Of a stretch of DNA of 64,000 nt, positions 9,819 to 19,622 are shown one piece after another (position 1 is the stretch's first letter; every line of letters starts with the position of its first letter). Source of the stretch: an uncultured delta proteobacterium. GTDB lineage: Bacteria > Desulfobacterota > Binatia > UBA9968. The stretch lies in NCBI GenBank assembly GCA_963727625.1, contig CAVSHR010000004.1:928001-992000 (forward strand), read 5' to 3'. The notes under the pieces are model-generated. The model was given only the letters and a program-made list of their open reading frames with translations. It did not search any database and had not been told where the DNA came from. The position numbers and the translations under genes were made by a program.

Positions 9819-10835
9819 TTACCGGAGTTTAAATACTTCTTTCCAGATCTTCTCGTATTTTTTCCAGTCTTTGATCTCTTCGGTGCCGATCGGATAGATC
9901 TTATCCGGTTTGATCTTTTCGACGGGATCGACCTTTGGATGCGGCGGGGTGCGGCCGCCTGCCGCATAAACCTTTTGCCCTTCTTCGCTCGCCGACCAGC
10001 GCGAAAAGAGCAGCGCGGTGTTCGGATGCGGCGCGCCCTTTGCCAGCGCCGTGGCGTTTATCGTCGCGATTCCCTCGGTCAGCATGAACCCCACGGGAGC
10101 GCCTTTTTTGATGCGCGGCGGATAATGATGCGCGTAACAGGTGATACAAGCGGCGGCCTGACCCGCTACTAACAACTCTGCGAGATCCGAATGGCCTTTG
10201 TGAAATTCCACGCCGTTCGCAGCGATTGCTTTGATCAAGCTGACGGCCTTCTCGTCGTTTTTGAATTTATGTCGCGCCAACCCGATAAGAAGCTCGACGT
10301 CGCGCGGCTCACCGATCAACTTTCCCTTCCATCTAGGGTCCGCAAAATCGTCGAACTGCTTGGGCTCTTCGCTTTTTTTGACCGAATTCGTATTCCATGC
10401 CGCGGTGATAAAGATTAAATCCGCGGCGAGCCAATAGGTCCCTTTTAGATTAGCCGGATACGCGGCCGCCTCCGGCGGAATCTTTTCCAGAGTCAGTTTT
10501 TGTTCGTGCAGCTGCAAGATATTCTCGAGGGACATTTGAAAAATATCCGCCAGCACTTTGCCGCCGCGGGCCTCAGTGATGGCCCGAACCGCGAGCTTGT
10601 CGGCGGTCGCGTCCACATGATTTATTTTTATGCCGGGGAAACGTTTCTCGAAGACCGGAAGGATCCTGGCCGCGTTAATTTGCGCCAGCGTGCCGTAAAA
10701 ATTGAGCGTCCCGCCTTCTTTAACCGCCTTCTTATAAACGTCGTCCAGGCTGTCGCTCTGCGCCGAACTAATCGCCGGAAACAACACACCAAGGAGAACC
10801 AGCCAGATCCCTATGTGTCTTTTTTTAACAAACAT
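9819..10835 (-). CDS. ABC substrate-binding protein, AfuA/FbpA family, paralog 1 of 4
   Basis: signal peptide; same motifs. Confidence 0.88.
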   Translation of the reverse strand: MFVKKRHIGIWLVLLGVLFPAISSAQSDSLDDVYKKAVKEGGTLNFYGTLAQINAARILPVFEKRFPGIKINHVDATADKLAVRAITEARGGKVLADIFQMSLENILQLHEQKLTLEKIPPEAAAYPANLKGTYWLAADLIFITAAWNTNSVKKSEEPKQFDDFADPRWKGKLIGEPRDVELLIGLARHKFKNDEKAVSLIKAIAANGVEFHKGHSDLAELLVAGQAAACITCYAHHYPPRIKKGAPVGFMLTEGIATINATALAKGAPHPNTALLFSRWSASEEGQKVYAAGGRTPPHPKVDPVEKIKPDKIYPIGTEEIKDWKKYEKIWKEVFKLR

Positions 10836-11016
10836 ATCGACTTCCTCCGCTGTTTGTAATTATCCATCCCAGAGTTACTTTATCCGCCTTCGCCCCATTT
10901 CCTCTGTTACTTGTCCGAGCGAAAATGGAGTGCGCCACCGACCTATACCCAACTCACCATGATCCTTAGACGACCATCCCGGTGTAAAGCTTCAGCCTGA
11001 TTTTGCTGCGACACGA

Positions 11017-11997
11017 TTATAAATTCTCCAATTTTTTCAATGTCGCGCCGTAATCCCGCACCGCTTTGTCGACGGAATACTCAGGTTCGTAGCCGAGTTC
11101 CTCCTTGGCGCGGGAAAAATCGCTGGCAAGACGCGACTCGGGATAGGGCATAGGATTGTTTCCCTTGCGCAACGTAATCGCCGATCCGGGAAACACCTTG
11201 CGAACCGCGGCGACGATATCGTCGCCGCTAAGCGTATCCCCGTTGCCGATGTGAAACAGAGTCTCTTTGAACTTGTCCTTGAGCACGGCCAATACCGTGC
11301 CCTTGGCGGCGTCTTTGCCGTAAAGAATCTCCGCGGGGCCATAGGGCCAGCTGATGGTTGCGCTCTCGCCTTTCACCGCCGCGCGGATCATCTGCTGGAT
11401 GGCGATCTCGCGGGTCGCCTTGAGGCCGGCCGGCGACGGACCGTAGAGACCGCCGGTGTAGCGCAGACAAATAAAGTCAAAACCATATCGCTTAGAGTAA
11501 GCCCGTCCCATAAACTCGCAGCTCGCCTTGGTCGCGGCATAAACGGATGGGGGATTTAACGGAATGGATTCGTCGATTGCCTTTATCCCTTCGCCAAGCG
11601 AACCCAAATACACCGTTCCGGAGCTGGGAAACACCACGCGCGCAACTTTTTCCAGTCGCGCTGCCTCGAAGACATTAACCGTGCCCATGAAATTCAAACG
11701 CACGCCGCTGTAGGGACGGCGCTGCACTTCCTCGCCGAGAAAGGCGGCGAGATGAATGATGCGATCGCAGTCGTGATCGCGCAGAGCGGAAATGATCGCG
11801 GGCAGATCCATCATATCACCGCGAATCAGCGCGACCTTTTCGAGATCGACGCCCACGGCGCTGAGCAGCCGCTCGTTGAGGGCGACGTCAAAAACGACCG
11901 GTCGCTCGCCCCGCTCCAACAACATCGCGACCGCGTAGGCTCCGACCAGGCCCGACCCCCCGGTGATGAGTATTCCCTTCTTGGGCATGACGACCAT
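11017..11997 (-). CDS. NAD-dependent epimerase/dehydratase (extended SDR)
   Basis: ITGGSGLVG, HLAA, YAATK; start may be 11988. Confidence 0.88.
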   Translation of the reverse strand: MVVMPKKGILITGGSGLVGAYAVAMLLERGERPVVFDVALNERLLSAVGVDLEKVALIRGDMMDLPAIISALRDHDCDRIIHLAAFLGEEVQRRPYSGVRLNFMGTVNVFEAARLEKVARVVFPSSGTVYLGSLGEGIKAIDESIPLNPPSVYAATKASCEFMGRAYSKRYGFDFICLRYTGGLYGPSPAGLKATREIAIQQMIRAAVKGESATISWPYGPAEILYGKDAAKGTVLAVLKDKFKETLFHIGNGDTLSGDDIVAAVRKVFPGSAITLRKGNNPMPYPESRLASDFSRAKEELGYEPEYSVDKAVRDYGATLKKLENL

Positions 11998-12286
11998 TTT
12001 ATAACCAGCGGACCGTGCCTCTAGTATACTAAAGATGCGCTTGAGTCAATGCCGCAACCTTGCTTTTTGGATCGTTGTTTTGAACGGACAAACAAAATCC
12101 CGTCTTCCCATAAACTGATTGATCGCAATGAAACAGCTCTTACTATTTGGCAATTCAGAGGCAAGCCAAACCTCGACGTTTTGAAGTGAGCTCTTTGATA
12201 GATATGATGCGCTGCGTCTTGACCCAGCGCATTTTTAGCGCCATATGTCATCCCACTTGTCTATACCCTGAGGAGGAGAACCCGTT

Positions 12287-13276
12287 ATGTCGCACCGTCG
12301 AATATTTTCTTTGCTCGCCTTGATCGCCTTTCTGAGCACAAGCGCAACCGCAAGCTCACAGGAAAAACTGCGGCTCGCTTGGGCGGGCTTCAGTCCGACC
12401 AACAGCCCGATCTGGACGATTGAGGACAGAAAATTATTAGAGAAACAAGGCGTCGACCCGGAAATCATCGCGATCAATGCCAGCCCAACGGTGCTTCAGG
12501 CGCTGTTGGCGAACGAGATCGATGCCGCCAGCATTTCGGTCACGACTCTAACCAGCTCGCGCCTCCAGGGCGCCGACACGGTGATGATCGTCGGTGTCGT
12601 GCCGACTTTCGTCGACCACATCATTTCGCTCTCGAGCATCACCAAGGTCGAACAATTGAAAGGTAAAATCGGCGGCGTCAATCGTCTCGGCAGTACTTCC
12701 GATCTCGGCCTTCGGCTTGCGCTTCGGAAACTCGGCGTGGATCCGGAGAAAGACGTAAAGATTATTCCGGTAGGCGGCAATGCGGAACGTTTTGCAGCGT
12801 TGTCCAAGGGACTCACGCAATTTACCATCATGCCCGAACCGTTCTTGACCCAGGCCGAACGGCTCGGCTTTCACAACTTCTACAACGTAAGCGAGCTGAA
12901 GATTCCGTTTTGGTGGAATGGGATTATCACGCGCGAAAGCATTCTTAAAAAGAAACGGCCGCTGATGCTCAAGCTTGCCCGCGCCATGGTCGAAGCGATT
13001 CACATCATCAAGACGGAAAAGAGCTACGCGATCAACCTTATCAAGAAACATCTGGGCGTGAATGACCCCGAAGGGTTGGAGCGCGCGTACCGAGATTACT
13101 CCAGCATCTTTCCGGAAGTCCCCTACCCGACTCCTGATGGAGTCAAGACCATGCTCGACGATCTCGCGCCAAAGAACCCCAAGGCGGCAACCGCGGATCC
13201 AAAAGCGTTTGTCGATCCGAGCCTGATTAAAGAATTGGATTCGTCCGGGTTCATCAAACGGCTGTACAAGAAGTAA
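12287..13276 (+). CDS. ABC substrate-binding protein, NMT1/SsuA family
   Basis: signal peptide; QLKGK.GGVNRLGSTSD, SSGFIKRLY; GGAGGAG RBS. Confidence 0.85.
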   Translation: MSHRRIFSLLALIAFLSTSATASSQEKLRLAWAGFSPTNSPIWTIEDRKLLEKQGVDPEIIAINASPTVLQALLANEIDAASISVTTLTSSRLQGADTVMIVGVVPTFVDHIISLSSITKVEQLKGKIGGVNRLGSTSDLGLRLALRKLGVDPEKDVKIIPVGGNAERFAALSKGLTQFTIMPEPFLTQAERLGFHNFYNVSELKIPFWWNGIITRESILKKKRPLMLKLARAMVEAIHIIKTEKSYAINLIKKHLGVNDPEGLERAYRDYSSIFPEVPYPTPDGVKTMLDDLAPKNPKAATADPKAFVDPSLIKELDSSGFIKRLYKK

Positions 13277-13296
13277 TCACGCCAAGAACACATACG

Positions 13297-13353
13297 TGGA
13301 GCGATGGAGTATCGGGCTTGCGAAAACCCGGGTCTCCATCACTCCAGTAATCC
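13297..13353. repeat. degenerate GGAGTNNT-octamer palindromic element (empty copy)
   Basis: tggagcgat ggagtatc ggg ... cccg ggtctcca tcactcca; same unit as 25771/26289 and 62574. Confidence 0.65.
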
Positions 13354-13455
13354 GAACTTGCCGCGCCCGTTGAAATACCGCGCCGGTCTAAGATAAGACA
13401 TAGTGTCGCGTCGCAGTAATCTTGCGCGGCGGTACCTTTCAGGAGGCACTCAATC

Positions 13456-14286
13456 ATGGCGGAAATTCTCACAGACGAACATGCGCTGTTGCGCCCCGGG
13501 CTGGGCCGTTTGAAAGGCAAAGTGGCGATTATCACCGGCGCCAATAGCGGCATTGGCCGGGCCACCGCCCGTCTATTTGCGCGCGAAGGCGCGAAGGTGG
13601 TTTGCTGCGACATTCAAGAGACCATCTCGCCGCGCATCGACCAGCTGATAAAAAACAACGAAGGCGGAGAAGCGATCTTTGCCAAGGTCGACGTCACCAA
13701 GCAGGAAGACTTGGACCGGATGGTCCAAACCGCACTGGACAGCTTCGGCGATCTCGATATTCTCTATAACAACGCCGGCGCCGGCATCCGCAAGAAACTC
13801 CACGAGCACAGCGACGAAGAGTGGAATTTCGTGTTGAACACGAATCTCAACGCCATGTTCCGCGGCTCCCGCGCGGTCCTACCCCATTTCATCAGGAAAA
13901 AAAGCGGCAACATTGTGACCACGGCTTCGACCTTCGGACTGTTAGCCTCGGCGGAATATCCCGGCTACTGCGCAACCAAGGCGGCGATCATCAACTTGAC
14001 CCGCGAGATGGCACTGGATTACGGGCCGCTCGGCATCCGAATCAACTGTGTCTGTCCCGGCGCCATCGAAACTCCGCGATTTCGCGGATTCCCTCCCAGG
14101 CCGACACTCGGCGAAGGCATGACAGAAGAACAGCGAAAGACCATGGGCGCGAGCAACAAAGCACTCCTGCGCATGGGCCGCCCGGAAGAGATCGCCTACG
14201 GCGTGCTGTTTTTGGTTTCGGACGAAGCGTCCTTCGTCACCGGCCATGCGCTGGTGGTCGACGGCGGCCAGACGATCGACGCGTGA
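13456..14286 (+). CDS. SDR family oxidoreductase
   Basis: TGANSGIG, NNAG, YCATK, VVDGG. Confidence 0.93.
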   Translation: MAEILTDEHALLRPGLGRLKGKVAIITGANSGIGRATARLFAREGAKVVCCDIQETISPRIDQLIKNNEGGEAIFAKVDVTKQEDLDRMVQTALDSFGDLDILYNNAGAGIRKKLHEHSDEEWNFVLNTNLNAMFRGSRAVLPHFIRKKSGNIVTTASTFGLLASAEYPGYCATKAAIINLTREMALDYGPLGIRINCVCPGAIETPRFRGFPPRPTLGEGMTEEQRKTMGASNKALLRMGRPEEIAYGVLFLVSDEASFVTGHALVVDGGQTIDA

Positions 14287-14326
14287 GCGAGAATGGGGTC
14301 ATGTCCCCGTCCCACACTTCGATTTC

Positions 14327-15409
14327 CTACTTGCGCACCACGTACCAGTTGTTTTGAATATCGTGCGCCAGCGCGTGCTTTTCGATCGAGCGAAAACCGG
14401 CCTTCGCCAAATATTCTTTGGTCTTCTCTTCGCCCCACATCGCGCCCAAGCCCTCGCCGCGCTGCGCCAGCGACACCGTCATACAGTGCATGCAGGAGAT
14501 CGTGTAAAGTAGCGACCCGAGCGGATGATCGAGGTTTTTGTGCACATGACTCGATCCTTTGATGTCTTGCATCAAGTAAGTCGCGCCGGGACGAAGCGTA
14601 CGGTGGATTCCCCGCAGCACGTTCAGCGGCTTAGCCTGGTCATGAACAGCATCGAACGTGGTGACCCAATCGAATGCTTCGAATTCGGCCGTTTCATCGA
14701 AGCGGCTCAAATCGGCGACGATGAACTCCACGTTGCGCAATTTTTTGTCGGCCGCCTCCTGCCACGCGGCAAGAATTGCTTCGGCAGACAAATCCATTCC
14801 CGTGAATCGGCTATTGGGATAGAGCTCGGCCAATCGATTAATAATTCGGCCGCGACCGCAACCGACATCTAGCATATGAACGCCGCGCGTGAGCTGATCC
14901 GCCAAACCTGGAACCAGCGGTACGATATGGGATTGCAACGATGAGAGGACGGACTGCCCGCTGTCTTCCGCCATGACCTCATGAAAACGCGGAAACCTGG
15001 CGTAGGGAACACCGCCGCCCTTCTTGAAGCATTCAACGATATCGTCCTCGACGCCGCCGAGCACAGCGATGTACTGCGAAAAGACCGCGACATTGTCAGC
15101 GCCCGCAGCGCGCGTGAGATAAGCCGCGTGTTCCGCAGGCAAATGAAAGCGCCCGCCGGTTGAATCAACTTCGACAATCCGTCCGGTAACCATGGCCCCC
15201 AGCCACTCGCGTACATAGCGCTCGTTCAGCCCGCTCTTCGCGGCGATCTCCGGTGAAGTGGCAGGCGGCTGATCTTTCATCGCATCGAATAAACCGGTGC
15301 GATGGCCCACTGAAATCATCAAGCACAGCGCGCCTCGGTTGAGCGTTCCTAAGAGTTCCTCGGCGAAGGCGCCGGCCTTGTCGGCGTTAAAGTTCGCGTC
15401 TTTCGACAT
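14327..15409 (-). CDS. class I SAM methyltransferase with N-terminal HTH (Rv2258c-like)
   Basis: SVGHRTGLF, ERYVREWL, LDVGCGRG, HCMTVSLA..GEGLGAMWGE. Confidence 0.88.
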   Translation of the reverse strand: MSKDANFNADKAGAFAEELLGTLNRGALCLMISVGHRTGLFDAMKDQPPATSPEIAAKSGLNERYVREWLGAMVTGRIVEVDSTGGRFHLPAEHAAYLTRAAGADNVAVFSQYIAVLGGVEDDIVECFKKGGGVPYARFPRFHEVMAEDSGQSVLSSLQSHIVPLVPGLADQLTRGVHMLDVGCGRGRIINRLAELYPNSRFTGMDLSAEAILAAWQEAADKKLRNVEFIVADLSRFDETAEFEAFDWVTTFDAVHDQAKPLNVLRGIHRTLRPGATYLMQDIKGSSHVHKNLDHPLGSLLYTISCMHCMTVSLAQRGEGLGAMWGEEKTKEYLAKAGFRSIEKHALAHDIQNNWYVVRK

Positions 15410-15551
15410 CTGTATCCTCCGTAATTACGATCAGTGCAGCCGTCTCTCTTAAAGCGGACGGCGAAGAGAATGCCGTGCAATCCTAACCTAGCCAAAGTTC
15501 AGGCCTGAATTGTAGCCCCTCATGTGGCCGAATCAATATCATCGGCCGGGG

Positions 15552-16193
15552 TTACTCCCAGGAGGGAAAATTCCCTTCGTCGGCCAGCTGGGTCATGCGC
15601 TGATCGAGGGCACGCAAGTAAGAGCGCCGATCGCCGGCCCACACTAGGCGCTCGCCAACAAAGATATCGCAAAAGAACGGCACGAGCAGCGCTTCGCCTT
15701 TCGGCAGCGCTTTTCCCAAACCATGTAGGAAAACCGGGATCACCGGCACCGTCGGATTGCTCGCAGCCAAGCGCGCGATGCCGCCTTTGAAGCTCTGCAG
15801 TCGTTCCGGCTCGCCGCGGCTGCCTTCAGGGAAGATGATCAACACCGCTCCTTTGGACAACGCTTCGTTGCACGGCCCGAGCGGATTGTCGTCGCCCCGG
15901 GAAACGGTCCGCTTGATCGGCAGGATACCGATCACTTTCAATGTGAACCAGGAAAACAGCCGCGAGCCGAGAAAATAGTCCACCGCTGCGACCGGACGCA
16001 GCTTTGGTAAGAGCCGCAGCGGAAAAAGGCTCATCAGCACCATGGTATCGAGATGGCTGTTGTGATTGGCGACGATGATCGCCGGGCCGCCGTCCGGCAG
16101 GCGTTCCCGATGGCGCACGTTGAGACCGAGAACGATCAGCACCAGCAGTCGGATAAACACGCCGTAAAATAAAAATCGCAGCAACGGAGCCAT
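15552..16193 (-). CDS. 1-acyl-sn-glycerol-3-phosphate acyltransferase family (PlsC-like)
   Basis: NHNSHLD and FPEGSRG motifs. Confidence 0.9.
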   Translation of the reverse strand: MAPLLRFLFYGVFIRLLVLIVLGLNVRHRERLPDGGPAIIVANHNSHLDTMVLMSLFPLRLLPKLRPVAAVDYFLGSRLFSWFTLKVIGILPIKRTVSRGDDNPLGPCNEALSKGAVLIIFPEGSRGEPERLQSFKGGIARLAASNPTVPVIPVFLHGLGKALPKGEALLVPFFCDIFVGERLVWAGDRRSYLRALDQRMTQLADEGNFPSWE

Positions 16194-16194
16194 C

Positions 16195-17133
16195 TCAATA
16201 ATAGAGATAATAAACGAAGTGGAAGAACAACGGCGCGGTATAGGTCAAGCTGTCGATGCGGTCCAAAATACCGCCGTGGCCCGGCAACATGCTGCCGCTG
16301 TCTTTAAGACCGATGTCGCGTTTGAGTGCCGAGATCGTCACGTCGCCGATAAAACCGGCGACACTGATCAACACGCCGGCCAGCAGCGCGGTATCGAGAT
16401 GCAGCGGCGTCAACCACCCCGATAAGAACACCGCAAGAAGCGTGGTTGTAGCCACGCCGCCGAGAAAACCTTCCCAGGTCTTGTTTGGGCTTACTTTCGG
16501 AACGATTTTATTGCGGCCGAATATTTTCCCCCAAACATATTGCGCGACGTCGTTGAACTCGGTGAGAAAGACCAGAAACAAGACCAGACCGGCGCCGCCG
16601 GCGCTGGAATTTTTCTCCTCGGGCAGAACCAAAAGATAAGCGATATGGCTGATCCCAAACACCAGTGTCATGACACCCCAATGAATCGTTCCCGCCGCGC
16701 GCAGAAAATCCCTCGTCTCACCGATCATCACCATGCGCATGGGCAGTAAGAGAAAGACGTACACGGGTACGAATATGATAAACATGCCATACCAAGCCTG
16801 CGCCACCCAGTAATATTGCAGAGGAATGGCGAGATAGGCCCAGAACAGCACACGCCGATCGGCGCGCCGGGTCGGAATGATCGAGAAATACTCTTTGAGC
16901 GCCAAAAAGCTCACGAAACCGAAGAATGCCACGGACAGGTTGCGGCTCATCACCATGGCCGCCGTGAAGATCGTGACGATCACCCACCAGGAGCGAATGC
17001 GCAGCGCCAATTCGCTCCGGTCTTTTTCCGCTTTACGCCAGCGCAGCCATAGCAGGGACGCGGAAGCGAGGACGAGAATCGCATAGAGGCCGCCGAGCGA
17101 CCACAGAACCGCGGGAGCGACCCCGAGCTGCAT
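16195..17133 (-). CDS. phosphatidate cytidylyltransferase (YnbB/CdsA family)
   Basis: RIRSWW, SPNKTWEG, GD...S..KRD.G.KD, PGHGGILDRIDS; ATG overlaps the upstream TGA (TGATG). Confidence 0.92.
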   Translation of the reverse strand: MQLGVAPAVLWSLGGLYAILVLASASLLWLRWRKAEKDRSELALRIRSWWVIVTIFTAAMVMSRNLSVAFFGFVSFLALKEYFSIIPTRRADRRVLFWAYLAIPLQYYWVAQAWYGMFIIFVPVYVFLLLPMRMVMIGETRDFLRAAGTIHWGVMTLVFGISHIAYLLVLPEEKNSSAGGAGLVLFLVFLTEFNDVAQYVWGKIFGRNKIVPKVSPNKTWEGFLGGVATTTLLAVFLSGWLTPLHLDTALLAGVLISVAGFIGDVTISALKRDIGLKDSGSMLPGHGGILDRIDSLTYTAPLFFHFVYYLYY

Positions 17134-17738
17134 CAGCGAAGCTCCGCCAGCGCGCCGCGCGCGCGATTGACGATGGTGACGACCAATAAAATTGCAGTTA
17201 AGATGAGCAGACCCGTTATCCAGTGGCCCGGCTTCAGGCCGACCCCCAAGAGCAGGCATAGAAGGCCAAAGACAAACGCGCGATCGCTCTTACCCATCGG
17301 TCCATCGAAGCGGCGCGCCGCACCGACTTGCACGGCAACCACTCCGGTCATTTCACTAATGATCGCGAGGATTACGATGATCACGACCCAGACCGCCTCC
17401 ACACCCGGCAGCAAAGCCAATGGCAGATAAAGCACCGTGTCCGAAAGCACGTCGCCCAGTTCATTGAGAATGGCGCCAAGTGAGCTTTGCATGCCATGCT
17501 CGCGCGCCAGCATGCCGTCGATGGCGTTGAGCGCCATGCGCAAAAATAACGCCACCGGCATGAGCAGCAGCGGCCATTTGGCATTTGGATTGAATGCGAT
17601 CGATGTGCCGACGAGACATGACAGCACCAGCGCCGCGACAGTCACTTGATTTGCGCTGACTCCAACCCGAGCGAGCCATCCGACCAAGGGGCGGAGCGAG
17701 GTTTGGAAGCGCGGCTTAAGAGCGTAGATCGAAGCCAC
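17133..17738 (-). CDS. CDP-alcohol phosphatidyltransferase (YnbA-like)
   Basis: SIYALKPRFQ, DGMLAR...SSLGA.LNE.GD..SD, GPMGKSDRAF; GTG start at 17738. Confidence 0.9.
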   Translation of the reverse strand: MASIYALKPRFQTSLRPLVGWLARVGVSANQVTVAALVLSCLVGTSIAFNPNAKWPLLLMPVALFLRMALNAIDGMLAREHGMQSSLGAILNELGDVLSDTVLYLPLALLPGVEAVWVVIIVILAIISEMTGVVAVQVGAARRFDGPMGKSDRAFVFGLLCLLLGVGLKPGHWITGLLILTAILLVVTIVNRARGALAELR

Positions 17739-17814
17739 CGGCGATCCTCGTTGTAAATTGGAAATTGCTGCAAAGCCTGGCCCGATGGCCTCGCAAGTGT
17801 CGAGTGCACGCAGT

Positions 17815-18657
17815 TCAGGGACGAGCCGGCTCGGCACTCACCGCCAGAAAGGCGCGCGCAAACTTTTCGATGGCTTCGGCCAAATCGTTGGCCGTGCGCT
17901 CGAAATTCCGCCGCGCGCGCAGATTACTGCCCAGTTCCAGCTGAATCGCGTCGATCTTGCTGCCGCGATGGCTGCCGTAGGTCCGCGTCGTGTAGCCGCC
18001 GGTATAGCGTCGTTCCCGCTCGACGCCGGCCGTATCGGGAAGAATCTTGTAGCCCTTGGAAGCGAGCTGGCCCAAAATGCTGTTGGGTCCGCCAATCGCC
18101 GCCGCTCCATGTCGCTGCTGCAATGCCGCGACGCTCTTGCCGTTGTCGGTGCCGCGGAAGATCGCGTCCGGCTCGGCGCCCTGACCGTGGACGTCGAGCA
18201 ACAAGCCTTCGCCCCAACGGCTGCGAATTCGTTCCGCCGCGGTTGCAACCGCACGGTGATAAGCGTCGTAATAAGGCTTCGCCGCCGCGGACTCATAGGC
18301 GCTCGATTCGGGCCTGTTGGCGTCAAGATATTTCCGTTCGAAATGAGCGATGACGAGAAAAGGCCTGGCGCCGAGCCGTTGGTCGATTTTCACGCCGACC
18401 GCCTCGGCGAGCTCGGCTGTATTGTTATCGCGCTCCGCGGTGAATTGCGCCACGCCGACACCGCGCCGCCGCGGCACACCGGGAAGCGACACTCTGCCAC
18501 CGTGGGGCGCCGCCAGAATTATCGGCAGCATACCGGACCACACCGTAAGCAAATCTGCCGGGTTCTTAAATTCCTGAGCCCAGACCGATCCATACAGCAA
18601 CAGCAGGATGGCTATCAATAAAGATCTCGCGGCAAGGGTTCGGCAAAGCTTCAGCAT
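17815..18657 (-). CDS. N-formylglutamate amidohydrolase family protein, with predicted signal peptide
   Basis: APHGG, R..LDANR, YH.AV, LLLDVHG, GGYTT, AIQLE. Confidence 0.75.
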   Translation of the reverse strand: MLKLCRTLAARSLLIAILLLLYGSVWAQEFKNPADLLTVWSGMLPIILAAPHGGRVSLPGVPRRRGVGVAQFTAERDNNTAELAEAVGVKIDQRLGARPFLVIAHFERKYLDANRPESSAYESAAAKPYYDAYHRAVATAAERIRSRWGEGLLLDVHGQGAEPDAIFRGTDNGKSVAALQQRHGAAAIGGPNSILGQLASKGYKILPDTAGVERERRYTGGYTTRTYGSHRGSKIDAIQLELGSNLRARRNFERTANDLAEAIEKFARAFLAVSAEPARP

Positions 18658-18750
18658 ATTTTTAAGGCAGCCCAAGTGAAAGTCACAGCCCCGAACGCGC
18701 CATTCTGCCGGGAAGAGGCCGAACCGGCAATGAAGTCAAAAAATTAGATT

Positions 18751-19506
18751 TTAAGGTTTTGGCTCCGGCATCTTGGCCGACAATTTTTTGAGAAAGTCCG
18801 CTGGAAACGGCTCGGCTTGCAGTTCTTGCGCTTGCCTGACCTTGTTCCAAGCCTCGGAGTAACGTTCCTGCTCATACAACGAGATCGCCCATTCGCGCCA
18901 ACTCATGGCGTATTTGGGATTGTTTTCTAAACTCTCGGTAAAGCGGCTGTTGCCCAGCACGAAATGCTGCGCCCGCTCCAGCTCGCGATCGGGCGGCAAA
19001 CGGGCGGCGTACTCCGAGTGCAACGTGCCGAGATCGCATAGCAATGGCACCCGTTGGGTCGGATCGTCGAGCAACTCGCGCGCCGTTTCTAGGAGCTCGA
19101 TGGCCTCGTACAATTTACCGCGCTGGCTCAGCACCGCGCCGAATCCCCAGAAAGCGCGAAAATTTTTCGGATTGACCAACCAGGACTGATTGAAGCGCAG
19201 CATCGCCAGATCCGACTGCCCGGAGCGCAGTGCCGTCCAACCCTGAGCCGCCAGCGCATTGCTGCCCGCCTGACGGCTTCCGAACCGCAAAGTCACGCCG
19301 CGAATGAAATTCTCGTCGGCTTTCTTTAGCTTGTCGGGCCTTGCGATCTTCGGCTGGCCGAACATCGGCAATTTATCGACGTCATCGCTCTGCGCTTGCG
19401 CCGTTCCGAGGGTGAACAACAAACCACCCAAGCACCCGGCTGCTGCGAATATGCGCGCGCGCGCCGCAAGACCCTTGATTGGCAATGGAAACCTTAATTT
19501 CATCAA
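18751..19506 (-). CDS. exported TPR-repeat protein
   Basis: signal peptide; LPMFG, A..RFNQSWL..P.N..AFWGFG TPR pattern. Confidence 0.75.
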   Translation of the reverse strand: MMKLRFPLPIKGLAARARIFAAAGCLGGLLFTLGTAQAQSDDVDKLPMFGQPKIARPDKLKKADENFIRGVTLRFGSRQAGSNALAAQGWTALRSGQSDLAMLRFNQSWLVNPKNFRAFWGFGAVLSQRGKLYEAIELLETARELLDDPTQRVPLLCDLGTLHSEYAARLPPDRELERAQHFVLGNSRFTESLENNPKYAMSWREWAISLYEQERYSEAWNKVRQAQELQAEPFPADFLKKLSAKMPEPKP

Positions 19507-19565
19507 TAATTCCGCCTTAGGGTCAACTTATCACATAACTTAACCGGTCCAGTGCCAAGCTTTCC

Positions 19566-19595
19566 TTGACACCCTAAAACTTCTAGGGCTATTTT
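19566..19595 (+). promoter_or_regulatory. putative sigma70 promoter with palindromic spacer (possible operator)
   Basis: TTGACA-ccctaaaacttctagggc-TATTTT; CCCTA-N7-TAGGG inverted repeat. Confidence 0.4.
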
Positions 19596-19622
19596 GACGG
19601 CAAATCAAACCGAGGAGCCTCC

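Noticed and set aside
6412-10835. SBP paralogs as DGR targets or assembly duplicates
   Set aside because: Differences are spread over synonymous sites of all bases, and signal peptides and spacers are distinct, consistent with ordinary divergence
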